Of a stretch of DNA of 64,000 nt, positions 43,918 through 56,855 are shown in pieces. Where the stretch lies: NCBI GenBank assembly GCA_951406725.2, contig OX597836.1, positions 35,774,001 to 35,838,000 of the forward strand, given 5' to 3'. The first letter of the stretch is position 1; every line of letters begins with the position of its first letter. Source of the stretch: Octopus vulgaris (lineage: Eukaryota). The notes beneath the pieces were generated by a model. The model was not told the DNA's origin. It saw nothing but the letters and a program-made list of their open reading frames with translations, and made no database searches. A program made the translations under genes and the position numbers.

Positions 43918-44488
43918 TGCGGCGTGATTGCAGAAACGTTAGCGCGCCGGGCGAAATGCTTCCCAGTATTTCGTCTGCCGTTACGTTCTGAGTTCAAATT
44001 CCGCCGAGGTCGACTTTGCCTTTCATCCTTTCGGGGTCGATTAAATAAGTACCAGTTACGCACTGGGGTCGATATAATCAACTTAATCCGTTTGTCTGTC
44101 CTTGTTTGTCCCCTCTTTGTTTAGCCCTTTGTGGGTAGTAAAGAAATAGGTATGTCTTGCTTAGTGAAGGCGCATAGTTTAGTGGTTAGGGTATTCGGCT
44201 CACGATTGTTAAGTCGTGAGTTCGATTCCTGGCGACGCATTGTGTCCTTGAGCAAGACACTTTATTTCACTTTGCTCCAGTCCACTCAGCTGGCAAAAAT
44301 GAGTCGTACCTGTATTTCAAAGGGCCGGCCTTGTCACACTCTGTCTCACGCTGAATCTCCCCGAGAACTACGTTAAGGGTACGCCTGTCTGTGGATTGCT
44401 CAATCACTTGCACGTTAATTTCACGAGCAAGCTGTTCCGTTGATCATATCAGCTGGGACCCTCGTCGTCGTAACCGACGGAGTGCTCC
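43918..44488 (+). mobile_element. SINE A (43918-44150) followed by SINE D (44165-44488)
   Basis: D head ggcgcatagtttagtggttaggg..gagttcgattcc, CORE-like tgtgtccttgagcaagacactt, tail shared with C type 1. Confidence 0.92.
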
Positions 44489-45649
44489 TTAATATCTTGG
44501 TTTATATGATCCAATGTATCCTCCCCTTTTAAGGCGCTAGAGTCTATTTGAGTAGAATTTGGCAGTCATTTCATGTTGATCGACCGACCACATTTCGCGA
44601 TTAACTTATCTATTAGAATGATGTTCGATTGTCACTTGTAACTGTGGTACTGAGGAAACTTGTACATGATAGAGCATGTGTTTGGACATAATTATGCTTT
44701 TTTTTCTTTTATCTCTAAGTGTATTGCAGGCAGTTTTCCTTTTTATTCATTGTTATACATTTATAAACAATAATTCCGAACACCACACTCAAATGCAAAG
44801 AAATTTCGATTGAAATGAATAATTAAGGATAAAGTCCCACCTCTTAAAGTTTTGGCATCATTCATTGTAAAACAAGGCATGTAGAATACTTTATAAGGTT
44901 TCACCACGATCGTAACATATCTGCATTTTAATTAAAATAAAGGTTTCAAATATCAAACTCTTTGTGTATGTCGTTAACCAATTCCAGGTTAAAGTGTGCT
45001 GTAATATCCTGTTGGTAATATATCGTTTCTGTTTCGTCATAAAGTCAACTTTATAATTCTTCTGTTTATTCATTAACGGTCAAACAAACGTGATATCTAA
45101 CGTTAATAATCAAAATCTAAAAGCGATTCATTTTTCTGCAAATATTTTCATTAGCAAAAACTATTAAAAAGGTTACTCATTAAAAATAAGATTACTATGA
45201 GAGGTCCTCGATCGATTTCACGGATTAAAAAGTGGGTGAGGAAAAGAGGGAGAGAGAGAAAAAGAGAGGGAGAAAGAAAGAGGGAGAAGAAGTATTTTTA
45301 AAATTCAAATCAGGACACCTTCTGACAGAGAGCAAAAAAATCAATAAATGACACAAACGCAAAGGCTTTATGGCAAACTGAGAAACCTTCGACTTTGTAA
45401 ATATTAACTCAAACCAGAAAAAAAAGCAAATATTCATGAAGCATGCAGGAAAATATAAGGCGGTAGAAAATAATTTAAATGTGATATGCTCTTCTTTTCG
45501 AATATCATTACAGGAAAGCACAAAAAATAACTGAAAGAAATAAAAACACAACACAATGAAGGAGTCACGACGTGGTCATTCGATTTGCTGGGTATAACAA
45601 CCAAAATTTCCTTAAGTGACATTCTTCTCTATTGGGAGATATATTTTTA

Positions 45650-46170
45650 CGTTTTTGTTTCAGTCATTAGACAGCGGTCATGACAGTGCACCATCTTAAA
45701 GAATATTTAATCGAATGTAACGGCCCCAGTACTTAATTTTTCAAAGCCTAGAACTTATTCTATCTGATTATATTCATTGAACCGCAAAGTTATGAGGATG
45801 TAAACACACCGACACCGGTTGTTAAGCGGTGGTAGGGGAACAAACACAAGCATATGCACACACATACACAAACACATATATATTTTTTATTGCCCACAAG
45901 GGGCTAAACATAGAGGGGAGAAACAAGGACAGACAAAGGGATTAAGTCTATTACATCGACCCCAGTGCGAAACTGGTACTTTCTTTATCGACCCCGAAAG
46001 GATGAAAGACAAAGTCGACCTCGGCGGAAGTTGAACTCAGAACGTAACGACAGACGAAATACCTATTTCTTTATTACCCACAAGGAGTTAAACATAGAGG
46101 GGACAAACAAGGACAGGTATTAATTCGATTACATCGACTCCGGGGCGTAACTGGTACTTAATTTATCGAC
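45650..46170 (-). mobile_element. Decayed SINE B 3' half followed by two tandem SINE A 3' parts
   Basis: Direct similarity to other copies in the window. Confidence 0.8.
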
Positions 46171-46453
46171 CTGACGTGATACGCATGGACCCAGGTTTCT
46201 GGGTGTTTACCCGTCGTCAGCGCACGGCAATCACCGATCTTTGATGTGAAAGGGTCCCAATGCAGATACATATATCTTTTTTCCAGTGACGAAAAGTCAC
46301 TGATCTCGAAAGAGTGTAAACAAGCAATAAAATATAGCAAACGGATATATGTATTTGCATTGGGACCCCTTCGCATCGAAGACTGGTGATTGTCGTACGC
46401 TGTCGACGGGTAAAAACTCAGAAACCCGGGTCTGTGCGTATCACGTCAAGTCG
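46168..46453. mobile_element. Foldback element with ~110-bp arms, each containing a minimal hammerhead motif (family H4)
   Basis: Arms 46168-46277 and 46344-46453. Minus strand 46183-46225: gtgcg-CTGACGA-c-gggt-aaac-accc-a-GAAAC-ctgg-GTC-catgc. Plus strand 46395-46437: gtacg-CTGTCGA-cgggtaaaaactca-GAAAC-ccgg-GTC-tgtgc. Confidence 0.75.
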
Positions 46454-47003
46454 CCGATAAGAAGGATGGCTTCCCTTTGCAAATACTGATAGGTTACAGA
46501 AAGTGTGTGTCAATAGCCAGCTGGAGAAGATGTTCTCCTGGTGCTACAAGCTACAGTAGCATCCACCCTTAGTGGTTAGCCACATTTAAGTGGCAAATAT
46601 ACTTCACATTGTCGTGCAGCTACTGTTTATACCACGTTCAGAACTCTAATACTATAATTCATTATTTAGATTTCGTATCTGTACAGATGTTTACTAAGAA
46701 ACGACGAAAATCGCCTCACGAATAATCATGAATATGTTATAGTTTCATTTCGAGAAGTGTGTCTCATTAAATATGAATGAATACATTAATCTTAGAACTA
46801 TCCAACATATTCACACAGTTCTTTCTACATCCTACAGACTTTGCTATCAGCAACACAAATTACAATGTTCAGAATACGTTAATAGCGATTATATAAACTT
46901 AGCAAGGGTACATGAGTTATTTCTTTCTTTATTTCCAGTGCATGCATGCATACACACAGACACAGAGAAAGATATATGAATGTGTGTGTGCGTGTTTGTG
47001 TAT

Positions 47004-47054
<51 letters not shown>

Positions 47055-47209
47055 TACATATATATATGCGTGTGTGTATATATATATATATATATTTATA
47101 TATATACATACATGTGTATATATTTATATATATATATATTAATATATATATATATATATATATGTACATATATATATATATATATATATATGTACATACA
47201 TATATGTAT

Positions 47210-47272
<63 letters not shown>

Positions 47273-47399
47273 TATATATATATAGAGAGAGAGAGGTGAA
47301 AAAGATTACAGATCTATATTTAAAAAAACTATTATATATGAAAAATGGAGGAAGAAATAGCAACACAAGTAAATCTAAGACATTCTCAATTTAAGAAGG

Positions 47400-47630
47400 A
47401 ATTTAATAAAAGATGATTTTAGAAATAATATAAAGAAAATATTACTAGTTTCACTAATAAAAAAATTGAAGAACTGTTTATCTTGTGTCTGGGGGCAAAA
47501 AGTTGTTTTTGACCCCCAGACACAATATAAACAGTCTTTACTTTGAATTTTTATGAATTATTACAGATATTTAATAAAACGAGATTCGTCACCGAACCTG
47601 GTGATATTTTCTTCATATAATTTTTAAAAT
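47400..47630. repeat. Foldback element between TA runs
   Basis: actgtttatcttgtgtctggggg-caaaa/ttttg-acccccagacacaatataaacagt centred near 47503; the outer arms are more diverged. Confidence 0.8.
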
Positions 47631-47689
47631 TATATTTATGAAATTCCTTTATAAATGGAAATATCTTTGACTTACTTCTTGCTGTTTTA

Positions 47690-47738
<49 letters not shown>

Positions 47739-47789
47739 ACATATATATACATGTGTGTGTGTGTGTGTTTGTATATATATATATATATA

Positions 47790-48757
47790 TAATAGTGTAC
47801 AATAAAACACAAGAGAAAACTACCTTTAACAAGTAATTTTTACACGGTAGAAGAAGCAGTCAAAACGAACAAAATCCTATTTAAGGGCTATTTTCGAAGG
47901 GATGGAAAAATAAAAAGTTTTACGTTGTTATTTTTTTACGGTTATATGCCGGTTTCAGATTTCTTTAGCAAATGAAATACTTTGCTAGGCGAATCCTCAT
48001 CAGTAACCGTGCCATAACATTAACATATAACTTAGAGACAAATAACACGTATCTCATCATTATATGTTATAATTTTTCAAAAGTCATCGTGCAAGCGCAG
48101 TTTCATTCTGCAGTAAACGAAAAATGCTGAACCGGTCTTCGAAATGCCAAAATCATATTCATAAAATATATTGTATGGTGAATATTTTTAGAAATTTCAC
48201 CACCAGTCGTCTGCCATGTAAAAAAAAATAACCGTAAGAAAATAACAAGGTAGAAGTTTTTATTTATCATTCCCTTCGAAAATTGCTTTTAAATGTGGTT
48301 TTAGTCGTTTTGACTGCTTCTTCTAGCGCGTAAAATTTACCTGTTAAAGGTTGTTTTTACTTGAGTCTAAATGTACACTATTTTATATTGAGAATATGTT
48401 GTCTATTGACTTTTTATACATTCTAGGCCACTGGTGAAATTTCTAAGTATATTCGCCACCCTATATATTTTACGAATATGATTTTACCATTTCGAAGATT
48501 GGTTCGGCATTTTCCTTCACTGGCGACTGAAACTGCGCTTGCGCGGTGAATTTGAAAAATTATAACATATAATGATGAGACACGTGTTATTTGTCTCTAA
48601 ATTATATGTTAATGTTTGCTAAAGAAATCTGAATCCTAGGTATAACCGTAAAAAATAACAAGGTAAAAGTTTTTATTTTCATTCCCTTCGAAACTTTCTC
48701 TTAAATGTGGTTTTGGTCGTTTTGACTGCTTCTTCTAGCGTGTAAAAATTACATGTT
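47790..48757. mobile_element. Complex inverted/tandem repeat (A-B-A'-B'-A'), Penelope terminal-repeat-like, family H5
   Basis: 47790-47945 is inverted at 48228-48382 and in part again at 48615-48752; 48015-48203 is inverted at 48430-48615. Confidence 0.75.
47938..48010 (-). ncRNA. Type I hammerhead ribozyme motif
   Basis: acggtta-CTGATGA-ggatt.cgcc.tagcaaa(gtatttca)tttgcta.aaga.aatct-GAAAC-cggc-ATA-taaccgt; perfect 7-bp stem I and long stem II. Confidence 0.75.
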
Positions 48758-49685
48758 CTACATATATTATTCACATAACCTCTGCAGCGACTCTCTATCC
48801 CACGTATCAGCCCCTGCTCTGTTTAACCCATTCAGTTGCTACATTAACTTAACTACCAAGATCATTGGTTTGGCATGTGTATTAGTGTTACATATACATA
48901 TCGACTCCTAAACTAATCTCAATCATATCCAGCTTGATAACCTTACAAGGCAGGATCATTTTCAGTGAGTGGATTCCATTTAGTTTCCGATTTACTCAGT
49001 TTCATTCATAAGACCTGTGTCTTCTCGTGGTTTAGATGACACTTCTCTGAGATACTATTGATTTCCGTCAACAAGTGACACCAACATGTAAAAGCTGACA
49101 TTTTTCCGCATTGTCGCAGTTAATTAAAGATAGAACCAATTTATAGTCACATTACAAAAACAAAGACGTAATTAACAATGACGCAAGAGAATGCCGTAAT
49201 TAACTGTGTGAAGGGCTAATTACGACAATTATTCGAGGAAAATTACTACTCATCAGTTGCCGTTGTCTGATGGTAATTCATTCAGATTACAATTTCTTTA
49301 GATTATGAAGCAAATATTCGGATGAAGAATTAATCCTATATTTTGAATGATAGAGAGGCAAGGACGAGGTATGTCGCAAATTATTCTGAATATATTTTAC
49401 GACGGGATTTCAAGTAATATTTGTGACAAAAGTGAAAGTACTTCCTGAATAATTAATGCCCTTCTCAGGGAGTTCAATAAATATGTCGATTTATAGAAAT
49501 ATATTTGCGTATTTTACCAATGTGAATGTCTTCCAACAGTTAATAGTTGTCGATGATGGGAGGGGATGTAATGTGCATGATTTTGGAGTTGATACATTTA
49601 ATCAGAGTAAAATAAAATCTTTATCTGTTGTAAAAACCTTCAAAATTAGATATGGAAAAGAACTCTTTTGTAGATTTATTATAAA

Positions 49686-50062
49686 CTAGCACTATGACCC
49701 GGCGTTGCCGGGTCATAGTGCCAGTGCATGCATATACAGCTGCGTGCGCGCGCACATACATGCGCGTACTGTCCAAATCTCCGACTAATCACATACAGCT
49801 AGCTGGCATTCAATTGGCGTATCAAATTTCGGGCATTTTGATTTGGTGTTGGATAGAAAATTCACAAAAAAAGTCACTTCTATTGATTTTTTAATGGCTT
49901 TGTAAGGTGACTGGGGAAATGTAAAGATGTACACGACCACCCTTGGACAGGTTTGAATGACCATAGAAAGTGCGAGCCCTCTAACTGAAAAGTTGTGGAT
50001 TTTTATCAAGGGCATGCACTCACACACACACAAAGACATTTTGCCGTTTATATATAGAGAGA
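49686..50062 (-). mobile_element. Non-autonomous Helitron-like element inserted in the left arm
   Basis: Minus-strand 3' end ctatgacccggcaacgccgggtcatagtgCTAG; 5' TC; absent from the right arm. Confidence 0.82.
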
Positions 50063-50714
50063 TGAATAGTGTTTGCATGGGTTAATGAAGGAAGAGTCTA
50101 ACTTTATTTTGACTACCAATTCATTAGCACTTGCCACTGAATTTTCATGAGGCAAAATTAAGAAAACTCATTTGTGCTACTTGCATAAAAAGCGATGGAA
50201 GGATATAACAGATTTTCACCCTGTGCATATGAATCTTACACATTTAGAGCTACGATAATCACCACTATTCCTACTTATACTTCTCTTGAGTACTAATCGT
50301 CTCGAATTAAAAATAATTTTATTCGTAAGTGTATGGTAATCCCTATCACCATTCTTCTTATCTTCCCTGGTTATTAACATTATACTTATCGTATTTGGAA
50401 GGTAATGTAGATTTATCAGTGAATTCACTCTAATTAAATGGGACTGCAAGTAGTCCTATGTTAATTTTGCTTATCTTTCTTTCATTTGAATGGAGGTGTT
50501 TCCGTATCTCTTGTCCTAACCATATCACTCGTGTTATGATTGCATTTCCTATTATATTCTTTACAACCTGTGCTGCAATTTTTTATCTTATTATTAGGGT
50601 AGACACCAGAAATGTGAAATAGTAATGAACAACACTTCTCTATACTGCAATTATAGGCGAACGGAAACGGCGATAATGTATGTTTGAAATGGCATTCCCG
50701 AAGGTTAGAGAAAA

Positions 50715-51224
50715 TCTATATATATAAAACTGTAGTTGTGTGAGTGTCTATCCCCTTCGATTTAGATTCCTAACTACTCCCACATTTTGCGGTGCAGTTT
50801 AACCAAATTCGGGTATCTTATAGTCGTGATTTATATCGAGCCCGTCTGAGTATTAGCGCGCGTCTACGATGAGTCTACGATTTTAAAAATAATTTAACAT
50901 CATTTTTTATTCCATTTTAATGCATAATTTTTCGTGTGTCGATGGCGGCGGAGTTGGCGTCCATGGTCACACCTGCACCTGTTTGCTTCTCCCCCTTCTT
51001 CCCTCCCTCGTGAAGCTGTGGGGAAGGGAGTGTAAGGAAATCAACGTCGTAAAGCGTTGTCAAGGAGACCAGCGTTCTTTTAGAACGACTTCATGGCTTG
51101 AAGACACCAAAACAGAAATGGCTAAGAAAGCCCGAATTGGCATCTATAAGGGAAGTAACTCTCTAAAAATGCTTATATAGTTATTTCACTTACAAACCCA
51201 AGCAACGCCGGGCGATACTGCTAG
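50715..51224 (+). mobile_element. Non-autonomous Helitron-like element
   Basis: A|TC start, CTAG|T end, subterminal hairpin; shares ends with 9292-9686. Confidence 0.85.
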
Positions 51225-51439
51225 TACCTAATAAATACCTAATACAGATTTCTCCGTTTCTTTTCGCTGTTAATTTTCAGTTTCCTTATCGTCAGTTTTT
51301 TTTTTACGCAGAGTTGGATTTGTGCGGGGAATACACAAAGAAATGTGTAAGATACATATGCACAGGGTGAAAATCTGTGCCTAATATTCGACAAAAGTAG
51401 AAAATGTCGAAAAAAAGTGGTGTCCTGGGAATTAGTATT

Positions 51440-51715
51440 ACGAACATATGGTACCTGCGACAGTCAAACATAAAGGTTGTTCTTGTTGTGGGAGCGATGG
51501 GTTCACTATCACTCAACATGAAGAAACCTCTTGGACACTTTAGAAATACCCAACAATTTTGGTCAACTGCAAAAAAATGTATACTTCGCTTGGAACTGCA
51601 CGCATACTGCGTAAAGTACTGACTGAGGTCCTTATGATTTGACAGACGGTAAGAACCCCGGTACACACAATATCTATGTACAACATCACAATGTTAAGTA
51701 CTGTTCGACGTCTAA

Positions 51716-51789
<74 letters not shown>

Positions 51790-51980
51790 TACTAATAATT
51801 AGAAGAAGAAGAAGAGTATAGCTGCAGCTTTGATAGCGGTTGGACGTGCTCTTCGCACGAAAAAAAAAAGGAACGGGCAACAATTGAGAATGATATCTCG
51901 CTTACCATCCCTGCAAGGAATGCAAGATATTTTTCAAATTGGTACGGCAAATACATTGAGAAGAGCAATTTTTAACTGGT
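51440..51980 (+). mobile_element. Two R4/Dong-type LINE 3' remnants separated by a (TAA)n tail
   Basis: IKVVLVVGAMGSL..gaactgcacgcatactgcgtaaagtactg (GTARILRKVL-like), then (TAA)n at 51717-51787; second remnant LPSLQGMQDIFQIGTANTLRRAI. Confidence 0.65.
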
Positions 51981-53198
51981 ATGACATACAAGTTGTGAAC
52001 AGCATTGTCGTAGGGATAACGATAACCTATGTAAATATTTTCTGCCAGATGAATTTATTTGATTTTGGAAATGAAAAATCAGATATGTTTATTTTAAGTA
52101 CTTGTCAAATCTCGGCATGTAGAACTTGCAATTGCGTGGGAAAGAAATAGTGAAATGTGTGGGATGACAAATACACATGCACTGAGTGAAAATCTGTTAA
52201 ATCATTCCATCAGTTTTTATGCAAGTAATAAAACTGAAATTCCTTAACTTTACGCCATGAAAATTCAGTGGCATGCATGTAGTAATAAATTGGTAAACTA
52301 ATAAAAGTTTAATTCTAATTTCCTTCATTAATCCATACAACCAATATTTACTCATAATAAATCTTCAAATGAGATCCTTTCTATATCTAATTCTGAGGGT
52401 TTCTAGAACAGATAATGATTTTATATTATTCTGATTAAATCTATCACCTCGAAACTCATGCACATTACTTCCTCTCCCATCATCGATAATTCTTCGTTGT
52501 AGGATAACCTTCATATTTGTAAAATAAACAAATATACTCTTATAAAACGGGATATTTACTGAGAAGTGTATTAATTATTTATTCAGAAAAATACAAAAGA
52601 ATTAACATCTAGGAAATGCTATCACTTCTCACACAAATTCTATTCGAAATTCGGTCGGGAAATTCATTCAGAATACTAATTTTTTCTCTCTATCGTTCGA
52701 ACATATAGGATTAATTTTTCATCAGAATATTTGTTTGTTAATCTATCTAAAGAAATTGCCAGCTGAATGAATTAGCACCATACAACGGCAAATTATAAGC
52801 AGTAATTTTTCTCGAATGATTGTCAGGATTAATCCTTAACCCAGTAAACCCTGGCATTCACTTGCATCGTTCCCCGTCATGATTCTATTTTCGTAATGTG
52901 ATGATAAATTAGGTCTAACTTTAAGCCGCCTGGACAATGCGGGTGAATGTCAAACAGTACCTGTTGGTGTCACTTGTTGAAGGAAACCAATGGCATCTGA
53001 GAGAGTAGTCAGCTACGCTAAACTCGAGTAGACACAGGTGCTGTCAAGAAATCTGGGTAGGCCGTAACTGCATGGCATTACTCTGGGGGTTGAAATTGGA
53101 TATTTATTCTTTTTGTTCTTCCAAAGAAATTTACTCGTAAAATTCCAGTTAATATCTTCTTGTATTTGTTATGTAGTTGTCTGCGTCTACAAACGTCA

Positions 53199-53583
53199 GG
53201 AGGCGCAATGGCCCAGTGGTTAGGGGCAGCGGACTCGCGGTCGTAGGATCGCGGTTTCGATTCCCAGACCGGGCTTTGTGAGTGTTTATTGAGCGAAAAC
53301 ACCTAAAAAGCTCCACGAGGCTCCGGCAGGGATGGTGGTGATCCCTGCTGCACGCTTTCACCACAACTTTCTCTCACTCTTACTTCCTGTTTCTGTTGTA
53401 CCTGTATTTCAAAGGGCCGGCCTTGTCACTCTCTGTGTCACGCTGAATATCCCCGAGAACTACGTTAAGGGTACACGTGTCTGTAGAGTGCTCAGCCACT
53501 TACACGTTAATTTCACGAGCAGGCTGTTCCGTCGATTCGGATCAACCGGAACCCTCGTCGTCGTAACCGACGGAGTGCTTCCA
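53199..53583 (+). mobile_element. SINE group C (tail type 1)
   Basis: TSD acaaacgtcag; A/B boxes present. Confidence 0.93.
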
Positions 53584-53807
53584 TCCATCCACAAACGTCA
53601 GTCCAATAGGTGTTAAATCGGTCCTCACTAGTGGTCGCGGTTGTATCTGTCACGTCAGAATATAGTCTGTCATTGCTCAGATGTTCTAATGTCAACTTAT
53701 AAATTTCAACATGTGGCACTTGGTGAAGAATGCAGTTTGATGTAGCTACCCTCATTGCCATGAGGTAGCTACCCCCTTGCCATGAGGTAGGTTCACCAGG
53801 GACTCTC

Positions 53808-53851
<44 letters not shown>

Positions 53852-53862
53852 CATATATATTT

Positions 53863-54053
53863 ACCGGAGTAAACACATAAATGTGAAACAAGGTGGAAGA
53901 AAAAGTACTCAAATACCAGACATAGAGTAATATGCTTTATTTAAAAGCAGCAGAAATTCAACAAAAACCGTATCTCGGAGTAACTGTCCAACGAACGGGA
54001 ACGTGAAACTCCGAGTAACAGCTTTTGTTGAATTTCTGCTGCATTTAAATAAA

Positions 54054-54056
<3 letters not shown>
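53863..54056 (+). mobile_element. TA-flanked hammerhead element (family H3, copy 2), partial foldback
   Basis: ctgt-CCAACGA-acg-ggaa-cgt-GAAAC-tccga-GTA-acag at 53984-54021. Confidence 0.72.
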
Positions 54057-54111
<55 letters not shown>

Positions 54112-54599
54112 GTATATATAAGCACTGTCAACGTATTCGGAGCATTGCTTTATTATTTGTGTGGTTGACATCATAATCAGAAAAGTACAGGTAGAACTCT
54201 GAGAATATATTGGATAATTCCATTTTCAAATTAATGAAACTCATCTAATCTTGTTATTTATTATATCACACATTTCTCGAAACAAGCCTCTGATATATTT
54301 GAGATTATTAGCGACGCGATTTCCACCGTTTCTTAGTAAACATCTGCGAAGATATGAAATCAAAATTACGAATCATATTATTGGCGTTGTTTGTATAATA
54401 TATCAAGATATATTATGGCGTTATCATATTTGCGTCATAAATGTTTTGTTAACGCTTACCATACATGTTGGTGGCATCAATGAGGTTAATTAATACCAAG
54501 CAGTGTTGTTAAATATCGTTTGTGTTCTTCCTTTTTGATGAACGTCAGAAGATGTGCAATTTAAGGCAGGCAAGTAAAATTACGAAAGATATTCTTTTT

Positions 54600-54975
54600 A
54601 TTTTTATTCGTTTATTTTGTTTCAGTCATTTGAGTGCGGCCATGCTGGAAAAAGTATGCCTTAGATTGAAAATTGTTAATCATGTAGCATACATTATAAA
54701 GGATGTTCGGAAGTTTGCGTTCTGAATATTAATCTACGTTATCTAATAACTACACAAAGTATACTTCATCAATATATCTCAGTTTTATTTTAAAAACTAA
54801 CATGCAAGTAAAACTATCAAAACTATAGTTGAGCAAATAGAACCACAGGACTTATTCTCTGTAAGCCTAGTACGTATTCTATCGGTCTCTCTTGCCGAAC
54901 CGCTAGGTGACGGGGACGTAAACACACCAGCATCGGTTTTCAAGCGATGTTGGAGGGACAAACACGGACACACAA

Positions 54976-55024
<49 letters not shown>

Positions 55025-55190
55025 CGACGGGCTTCTTTCAGTTTCCGTCTACCAAATTTACTCACAAGGCTTTCGTCGGCCTGAGGCTATAGTAGAAGAC
55101 ACTTGCCCAAGATGCTACGCAGCGGGAATGAACCCTGAACCATGCGGTTGGTAAGCAAGGTACTTACCACAAAGCCACTCCTGTACCTAC
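54600..55190 (-). mobile_element. SINE B interrupted by a 176-bp non-SINE insert (54647-54822)
   Basis: The tail ttcagtcatttgagtgcggccatgctgga resumes as tagttgagcaaatagaaccacaggacttattc after the insert. Confidence 0.9.
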
Positions 55191-55965
55191 GGTATAAATT
55201 ATATTTTATAAAATTCAACATAAAGAAGTAATCTTATTGTATCGACATGCTAACATTGGCTTGGAAACATCCTTGAAATGTTATGCTCTCAGTTTGGAAA
55301 GGAAGGACATATTAGAAAATCTAGCGCAAAATATGAAGAATGATAACGAAAGTGAAAATGTTTCGTCACGTGTGCAATGATTTTGATCACATGTCTATTC
55401 CGCCATGTTTGAATTGGAGCGAAAGCTTATCTTACTGAAAGTGAAAAAGCGTTGATTTTCACATATTGTTCCTAGATTTGATAAACGCCGTGTCCTTGAT
55501 GTATGGCGGTGTAAAAGGATACCATCTGAAGTGGGTAATGGAACCTTTGATTTACAAACTGACAGGTGGTGGACTTTGGTTTCGGATTTACAAACGCACA
55601 CACATATTAGGATGCATATGAAAATTTTGTCAGGAATGTACACGTCTCTTGTATATATGTGTCATCCTGTATTGGCGCTTACGTGTATGTATGTATGTAT
55701 GTATGTATGTATGTGTGTGTATACATTTTATGACCACATCAAGCGATGCGACACATGATGCCAAAACGTATAACCTGCCTCTCATTCTCTGCGATATTTT
55801 AAGACTCCAGAATATATCTACTGCTTTCCTTATAACTTCCTTCAGCACAATTATTATCATTACCACCATCTTACACAAGCAACAATAATCTCCAGCTTCG
55901 TCTCCAGTAAAAATACAACCAGTAACACTGGATAACCGTTTCCTTCCAGCCAATCATCATCTTAG

Positions 55966-56115
55966 TAGGAGTGGCTGTGTGGTAAGTAGCTTCCGAGTTC
56001 AGTCCCACTGCGTGGCATCTTGGGCAAGTGTCTTCTACTATAGTCGCGGGCCGACCAAAGCCTTGTGAGTGTATTTGGTAGACGCAAACTGAAAGAAGCC
56101 CGTCGTATATATGTA

Positions 56116-56208
<93 letters not shown>

Positions 56209-56855
56209 TTTATTTAAAGCAGCAGAAAATTCTACAAAACTCGTTACTCTGAGTTTCGCGTTGCCGTTCATTGGACAGTTTTTGCTAGAATAGAACCGAT
56301 ATGTCAATTCTATTCTATTCTATTCGGTTCTATTCTAGCAAAAACTGTCCGATGAACGGCAACGCGAAACTCAGAGTAACAGGTTTTGTAGAATTTTCTG
56401 CTGCTTTAAATAAAGGACATTACTCTACCACTGGTATTTGAGTACTCTTTTTTTCCACCTTGTTTCACATTTATGTGTTTACTCCGGTATATATATATAT
56501 AAGTTCAGTAAAAATTTAGATTCAGTTGAATATGGTACTTAAGTTAAAGGCACCAGAATTTTGGCATGATATTATCCATATAATTCAAAATGGGGTGATT
56601 ATAATCAAAATAAACAACATATATGTATGTGTGTATATGTTTGTGTGTCTGGGTTTGTCCCCTCAACATCACTTAACAACCAATACTGGTGTGTTTGCGT
56701 CCCCGTAACTTAGCGGTTCGGCAAAAGACACCGATAGAATAAGTACTTGGCTTACAAAGGATAAGTTCTGGGATCTATTTGCTCGACTACAGGCGGTGCT
56801 TCAGCATGGCCATAGTCAAATGACTGAAACAAATAAAGAGTAAAAGAGTAAAAGT
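55966..56855 (+). mobile_element. SINE B with elements nested in its internal TA array
   Basis: Head 55966-56106; 3' half 56620-56855. Confidence 0.9.
56207..56488. mobile_element. TA-flanked hammerhead foldback element (family H3, copy 3)
   Basis: Arms about 56208-56298 and 56325-56414; plus strand ctgt-CCGATGA-acg-gcaa-cgc-GAAAC-tcaga-GTA-acag at 56345-56382, with a mirror copy on the minus strand. Confidence 0.8.

Larger units (their letters stand above)
49014..53039. repeat. Old long inverted repeat pair (arms about 49014-50235 and 52170-53039)
   Basis: Co-linear reverse-complement anchors such as tcaacaagtgacaccaaca/tgttggtgtcacttgttga, gccactgaattttcatg/catgaaaattcagtggc and cttgcataaaaa/tttttatgcaag. 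Confidence 0.85.

Noticed and set aside
53755-53795. let-7-like TGAGGTAG seeds in tandem
   Set aside because: The sequence diverges from let-7 right after the seed and no precursor hairpin is evident; it is a short local duplication.
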